Source: an uncultured Eubacteriales bacterium
Lineage (GTDB): Bacteria; Bacillota; Clostridia; Oscillospirales; Oscillospiraceae
Direction: 5' to 3'
Assembly (NCBI GenBank): GCA_905202605.1
Contig: CAJKSU010000001.1
Location: forward strand, 1-47,745
DNA: 47,745 nt
Shown here: positions 44,189 to 47,745 of the stretch, piece after piece
Numbering within the stretch: the first letter of the stretch is position 1
Layout: the number at the start of each line of letters is the position of its first letter
The notes under the pieces: model-generated
The model's input: only the letters and a program-made list of their open reading frames with translations
Database searches by the model: none
Told to the model about the DNA's origin: nothing
Position numbers and translations under genes: made by a program

Positions 44189-44621
44189 GGCTGCTCAGCT
44201 TCTCAATGAGGTATCCCATGGCTGCCACATAGCCAAACTGCCCAAGGCCGCAGATCTGACCGTCACAGCCTGCGGCGGTGACCGACTTATGCCGGAATTC
44301 CTCCCGCTTGTGGATGTTGGAAAGATGCACTTCCACTGCGGGGAGATCCACCGCCTTCAGCGCATCGAGGATGGCATAGCTGTAGTGGGTGTAAGCGCCG
44401 GGATTGATGATGATGCCGTGGAACGCGCCCTTTGCCTTGTGAATCGCATCGATGATTGCGCCCTCGTGGTTGGTCTGCATGCACTCCACTTCCACGTTCA
44501 TGCTGGCAGCGGATTCCCGGATCCGGGCAACCAGCGCGTCATAGCCGCTATTTCCATAGATCTCCGGCTCACGGGAGCCGAGCAGATTCAGATTGGGGCC
44601 GTTGATGACTAAAAATCTCAT
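44178..44621 (-). CDS. aroQ: Type II 3-dehydroquinate dehydratase
   Basis: MRFLVINGPNLNLLGSREPEIYG N-terminus and the HLSNIHKREEFRH motif. Confidence 0.94.
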   Translation of the reverse strand: MRFLVINGPNLNLLGSREPEIYGNSGYDALVARIRESAASMNVEVECMQTNHEGAIIDAIHKAKGAFHGIIINPGAYTHYSYAILDALKAVDLPAVEVHLSNIHKREEFRHKSVTAAGCDGQICGLGQFGYVAAMGYLIEKLSSHAD

Positions 44622-45118
44622 AGCTTTCCCTCCAATTTGGTTAAGATCTCCGCCACGGTGGCCTCCGGGCTGGAGAAATCGTGAATGATGATATGTGAAA
44701 ATTCCTGATAAATGGGTTCCCGCTGGGCAAACCGGGAAAGAAAAGCGTCCCGGCCCTGCTGCCCCAGAGGGCGGGCGGACATATCGGCGGTGTCGTAGAT
44801 CTCGCCGGGATCCCGCCGGAGGAATACCACGATGCCGGTATTCCGGAGAAGCCGCCGGTTTTCCTCCCGCAGGGGAAGACCGCCGCCGGTGGCGATGATG
44901 AGATCGCTTCTCCGGCTCAGCTCACGGGCAACCTCTGTTTCCAGATCCCGCATGGCGGTTTCGCCCTGTGCGGCAAACAGCTCGGATATGCTCATGCCCG
45001 CCTTTTTGACCACCAGATCATCGGTGTCTACCACCTGCCGACCAAGCTTGCCTCCCAGCAGATTGGCACAGGTGGTTTTTCCGCAGCCCATCATGCCGCA
45101 AAGTATAATGTTCTCCAT
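44618..45118 (-). CDS. aroK: Shikimate kinase
   Basis: Walker A GMMGCGKTT. 166 aa. 4-nt overlap with aroQ. Confidence 0.92.
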   Translation of the reverse strand: MENIILCGMMGCGKTTCANLLGGKLGRQVVDTDDLVVKKAGMSISELFAAQGETAMRDLETEVARELSRRSDLIIATGGGLPLREENRRLLRNTGIVVFLRRDPGEIYDTADMSARPLGQQGRDAFLSRFAQREPIYQEFSHIIIHDFSSPEATVAEILTKLEGKL

Positions 45119-45121
45119 GGC

Positions 45122-46279
45122 CTACTCCAGATTGCTTTTAAAGTTGCCCAGTACCCGGAAATCCCCGGCGGTCTGGGAAATTTCATGGAGAATGCCGTCC
45201 ATCTCCGGAGCCTGCAGGCTGCCGGTGAACTCCAGAAAGAACATGTACTCCCAGGTGTGACCCGGAATGGGGCGGGATTCCAGCTTGACCATGTTCAGGC
45301 CGTTAACGGCGAAAATGGTCAGAATTTCGTGGAGGCAGCCGGATTCATGGGGGGTGGTGACAATGGTGCTGATCTTATCCGCACCCTCCCGCAGCTCCAC
45401 ATAGGGGGAAACCACCACAAAGCGGGTGGTGTTGACGTCGCTGTAGTTGACCCCGGTGACCAGAATGTTCAGTCCGTACAACTCGGCGGCGCGGGCGGAG
45501 CAGATGGCAGCTTTTGTGGTGTCACCGGATTCCGCCACATATTTTGCGCTGCCTGCGGTGTCAGCTAGAGGCGTCTGAATCCAGTCCGGATGGGTATTTA
45601 AGTACTTTTCTGACTGAAACAGCCCCTGTTCATGGCTGTAGACATGGGTAATGGTGTCCAGCGTGGCGCCGGGCGGTGCCATCAGGCAGTGCTCCACCCG
45701 AACGGTGGTTTCGCCTACCAGATAGAATTCGTACTGGGACAGCAGATCATAAATCTGCCGGATCGCACCGGTGGAGGTGTTCTCGATGGGGACAACGCCG
45801 TAATCCGCCTTGCCCTCTTTGAGGGCAACAAATACGTCCTCAAACTGCCGAAGCCCCACCGGCTCGATATCCGTGCCGAAGAAATTCCGTGCCGCCTGCT
45901 CGCTGTAGGCGCCGGGGCAGCCCTGATAGACAATGCGGGGGTTCTGCACCGGCTGCCGCCGCTGGTCATAGGCGTGCTGAAACCGGGCGAAATTAGGATC
46001 GTCTGCCCCTTCCCGGACGATCTCCCGCTGCTGACGGCGGGAGATGCCCATGATGGTTTCATACAGCAGGGTGACGCTGGTTTTCAGCCGGGGATCAGTG
46101 ACAAGCGCCGCCTTCCCGGCAAGCACCTCCCGCTCACGGGCGGTGTCCAGAACCGGCATGGAGATTTTTTGCTTATATTCGCCTACCTGACGGGTAACTG
46201 CCATGCGGCGCTCAAACAGATGTACGATCTGATTGTCGATTTCATCAATTGCGCCGCGCATCATATCCAGTTCGCTCAT
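45122..46279 (-). CDS. pheA: Bifunctional chorismate mutase / prephenate dehydratase
   Basis: N-terminal CM_2 helix (IDEIDNQIVHLFERRMAVTRQVGEYK), a PDT domain, and a C-terminal ACT domain with LESRP. Confidence 0.9.
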   Translation of the reverse strand: MSELDMMRGAIDEIDNQIVHLFERRMAVTRQVGEYKQKISMPVLDTAREREVLAGKAALVTDPRLKTSVTLLYETIMGISRRQQREIVREGADDPNFARFQHAYDQRRQPVQNPRIVYQGCPGAYSEQAARNFFGTDIEPVGLRQFEDVFVALKEGKADYGVVPIENTSTGAIRQIYDLLSQYEFYLVGETTVRVEHCLMAPPGATLDTITHVYSHEQGLFQSEKYLNTHPDWIQTPLADTAGSAKYVAESGDTTKAAICSARAAELYGLNILVTGVNYSDVNTTRFVVVSPYVELREGADKISTIVTTPHESGCLHEILTIFAVNGLNMVKLESRPIPGHTWEYMFFLEFTGSLQAPEMDGILHEISQTAGDFRVLGNFKSNLE

Positions 46280-46295
46280 AAGGATCGCCTTCTTT

Positions 46296-47351
46296 TCAGA
46301 GTTTCAGCAGCCGGAGGGATGCAAGTGCGGCTGCCGCTTCGACCACCGGAACAGCCCGGTGGACGATGCAGGGGTCATGCCGCCCCTGTACGGTGATTTC
46401 CGCATCCCTTTGGGCAGACATGTCAATGGTGTGCTGGGGCTGGGCAATGGAGGGGGTGGGCTTTACCGCCACCCGGAACAGGAGCGGCATGCCGGTGGTT
46501 ATGCCGCCCAAAATGCCGCCGTTGTGATTGGAGGTGGTAACGGGAACGCCGCCCTCCATGGTCCACGGGTCGTTGGCTTGACTGCCCCGTAGGGCGGCAA
46601 GGCCGAAGCCGTCACCGAATTCCAGCCCCTTTATGGCGGGGACAGCAAACAGCTGCCGGGCAAATTCCGTCTCGGCATTCCGGTCAAAATCTGGCGCACC
46701 AAGCCCCATGGGCAGTCCGGTGACGGCGCATTCAATGACGCCGCCGATGGAATCCAGCTGGGATTTTGCTTCCAGAATCAGTGCCTGCATCTGCTCGCCT
46801 TTTGTGTCGGAGAGTACCGGGAAGGGCTTTTGCCCGCAGGCGGTCAGTGCCGCCATATCGGGATGCACGGGGTCAATGGGCGTGTCCCAAACGCTTCCCA
46901 CCGCGGCAATGTGTGCCGCAGCCTGTACGCCATTTTCCCGCAGGATCAGCTTGGCAACGGCACCGGCGGCCACAAGGGGTGCGGTGAGCCGCCCGGAAAA
47001 ATGCCCGCCGCCGCGGTAGTCGTTATAGCCGCCGTAACGGACAAAGCCAGTGAGATCCGCATGACCGGGACGGGCCAGATAGCGAATGGCGGCGTAGTCC
47101 TTGGAGTGCTGGTCGCCGTTGCGGATCATCATGCAGAGGGGCGTACCGGTGGTTTTTCCTTCAAAGACGCCGGAGAGCACCTCAACCCGATCGGCTTCCT
47201 TCCGGGGGGTGGAGAGAGGGCTGTTTCCGGTGGCACGGCGGCGCAGCTCTGCGGCGATAAAGTCCATATCCATGGGGACTCCGGAGGGGAGATCCTCCAG
47301 CACAACGCCGATGGCGGGGCCGTGGCTTTCCCCAAAGATGGTATAGTTCAC
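46296..47351 (-). CDS. aroC: Chorismate synthase
   Basis: FGESHG N-terminal motif, RPGHAD, and GGGHFSGR-type motifs. Confidence 0.93.
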   Translation of the reverse strand: MNYTIFGESHGPAIGVVLEDLPSGVPMDMDFIAAELRRRATGNSPLSTPRKEADRVEVLSGVFEGKTTGTPLCMMIRNGDQHSKDYAAIRYLARPGHADLTGFVRYGGYNDYRGGGHFSGRLTAPLVAAGAVAKLILRENGVQAAAHIAAVGSVWDTPIDPVHPDMAALTACGQKPFPVLSDTKGEQMQALILEAKSQLDSIGGVIECAVTGLPMGLGAPDFDRNAETEFARQLFAVPAIKGLEFGDGFGLAALRGSQANDPWTMEGGVPVTTSNHNGGILGGITTGMPLLFRVAVKPTPSIAQPQHTIDMSAQRDAEITVQGRHDPCIVHRAVPVVEAAAALASLRLLKL

Positions 47352-47745
47352 AGCGACACCTCCTGTATACAGCCGCCGAGACGGCAGTAATCATCCCAGA
47401 AGCCGGGATAGGATTTGCGGACGCTTTCCGCACCGGTGAGGGTGATGGGGCTTTGACAGACTGTTGCCGCCATGGCTGCCATCATGGCAATCCGATGGTC
47501 GCCCCAGCTGTCTACGGCAGCGCCGCCACGGAGTGAGGAAACACCGTGGATGGTCAGACGGTCGCTGCCCTCGTCGATTTCTGCGCCCATGGCGCCCAAA
47601 ACGGTGGTGACAGAGGCCAGACGGTCGCTTTCCTTGAGCCGCAGCCGTGCTGCGCCGGAGATCACCGTGGTTTCCCCGGCACGGAGGGCGGCGCGGAGCG
47701 CCAGCGGCGGCACCAGATCCGGGCAGTCCCGAACATCCAGATCCA
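47348..47745 (-). CDS. aroA: 3-phosphoshikimate 1-carboxyvinyltransferase (EPSP synthase), C-terminal part; 5' end lies outside the window
   Basis: LKESDRL motif and a C-terminal GDHRIAMMAAMAA motif. The reading frame stays open to the window edge. 4-nt overlap with aroC. Confidence 0.9.
   Translation of the reverse strand, partial: DLDVRDCPDLVPPLALRAALRAGETTVISGAARLRLKESDRLASVTTVLGAMGAEIDEGSDRLTIHGVSSLRGGAAVDSWGDHRIAMMAAMAATVCQSPITLTGAESVRKSYPGFWDDYCRLGGCIQEVSL

Noticed and set aside
1-47745. Window-wide search for CRISPR arrays, tRNA/rRNA genes, IS elements, integrases and long terminal inverted repeats
   Set aside because: I saw no regularly spaced direct repeats, no tRNA-like or rRNA-like segments, and no transposase- or integrase-like translations in any frame.

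Overview
GC-rich Firmicutes/Clostridia-type chromosomal segment; the Oscillospiraceae-like placement is inferred from protein sequence character and gene order, not from a search. I found no rRNA, tRNA, CRISPR array, transposase or integrase. Most of the window is housekeeping. On the + strand: murB-rapZ-yvcK-whiA, a NUDIX hydrolase, dnaE, a U32 peptidase, maf-mreC-mreD-PBP2, a DnaD-like/DnaC-like loader pair, two tandem PAP2 phosphatases, a livJHMGF-type branched-chain amino-acid ABC operon and a Cof-type HAD hydrolase. On the - strand: glyA and an aroA-aroC-pheA-aroK-aroQ-aroE block. The accessory or less ordinary content lies between dnaE and the U32 gene. (1) A self-contained two-gene minus-strand operon (10153-11607) encodes a cytoplasmic papain-fold (C39-like) cysteine-peptidase-like protein followed by a 301-aa RelA/SpoT-fold nucleotide pyrophosphokinase with an unassigned C-terminal domain. 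It has its own promoter and terminator and is my best candidate for an undescribed toxin/defence or signalling module. (2) A roughly 200-nt structured element and an AT-rich tract lie downstream of dnaE. (3) A MerR-family regulator with two C-terminal TM helices is driven by a textbook MerR-type promoter (19-bp spacer containing a 7-1-7 dyad), with a truncated MerR paralogue fragment and a convergent MATE pump downstream. (4) A 461-aa uncharacterised protein, possibly double hot-dog fold, is divergent from an RpiR regulator, with three TTCGGAA half-sites in the intergenic region. (5) A LysR/UbiD/UbiX/LpdD-like prFMN decarboxylase cluster. (6) A Cthe_2159-type beta-helix lipoprotein with a Gly-rich tail. 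Many long ORFs antisense to real genes are GC-driven shadow ORFs and were rejected.
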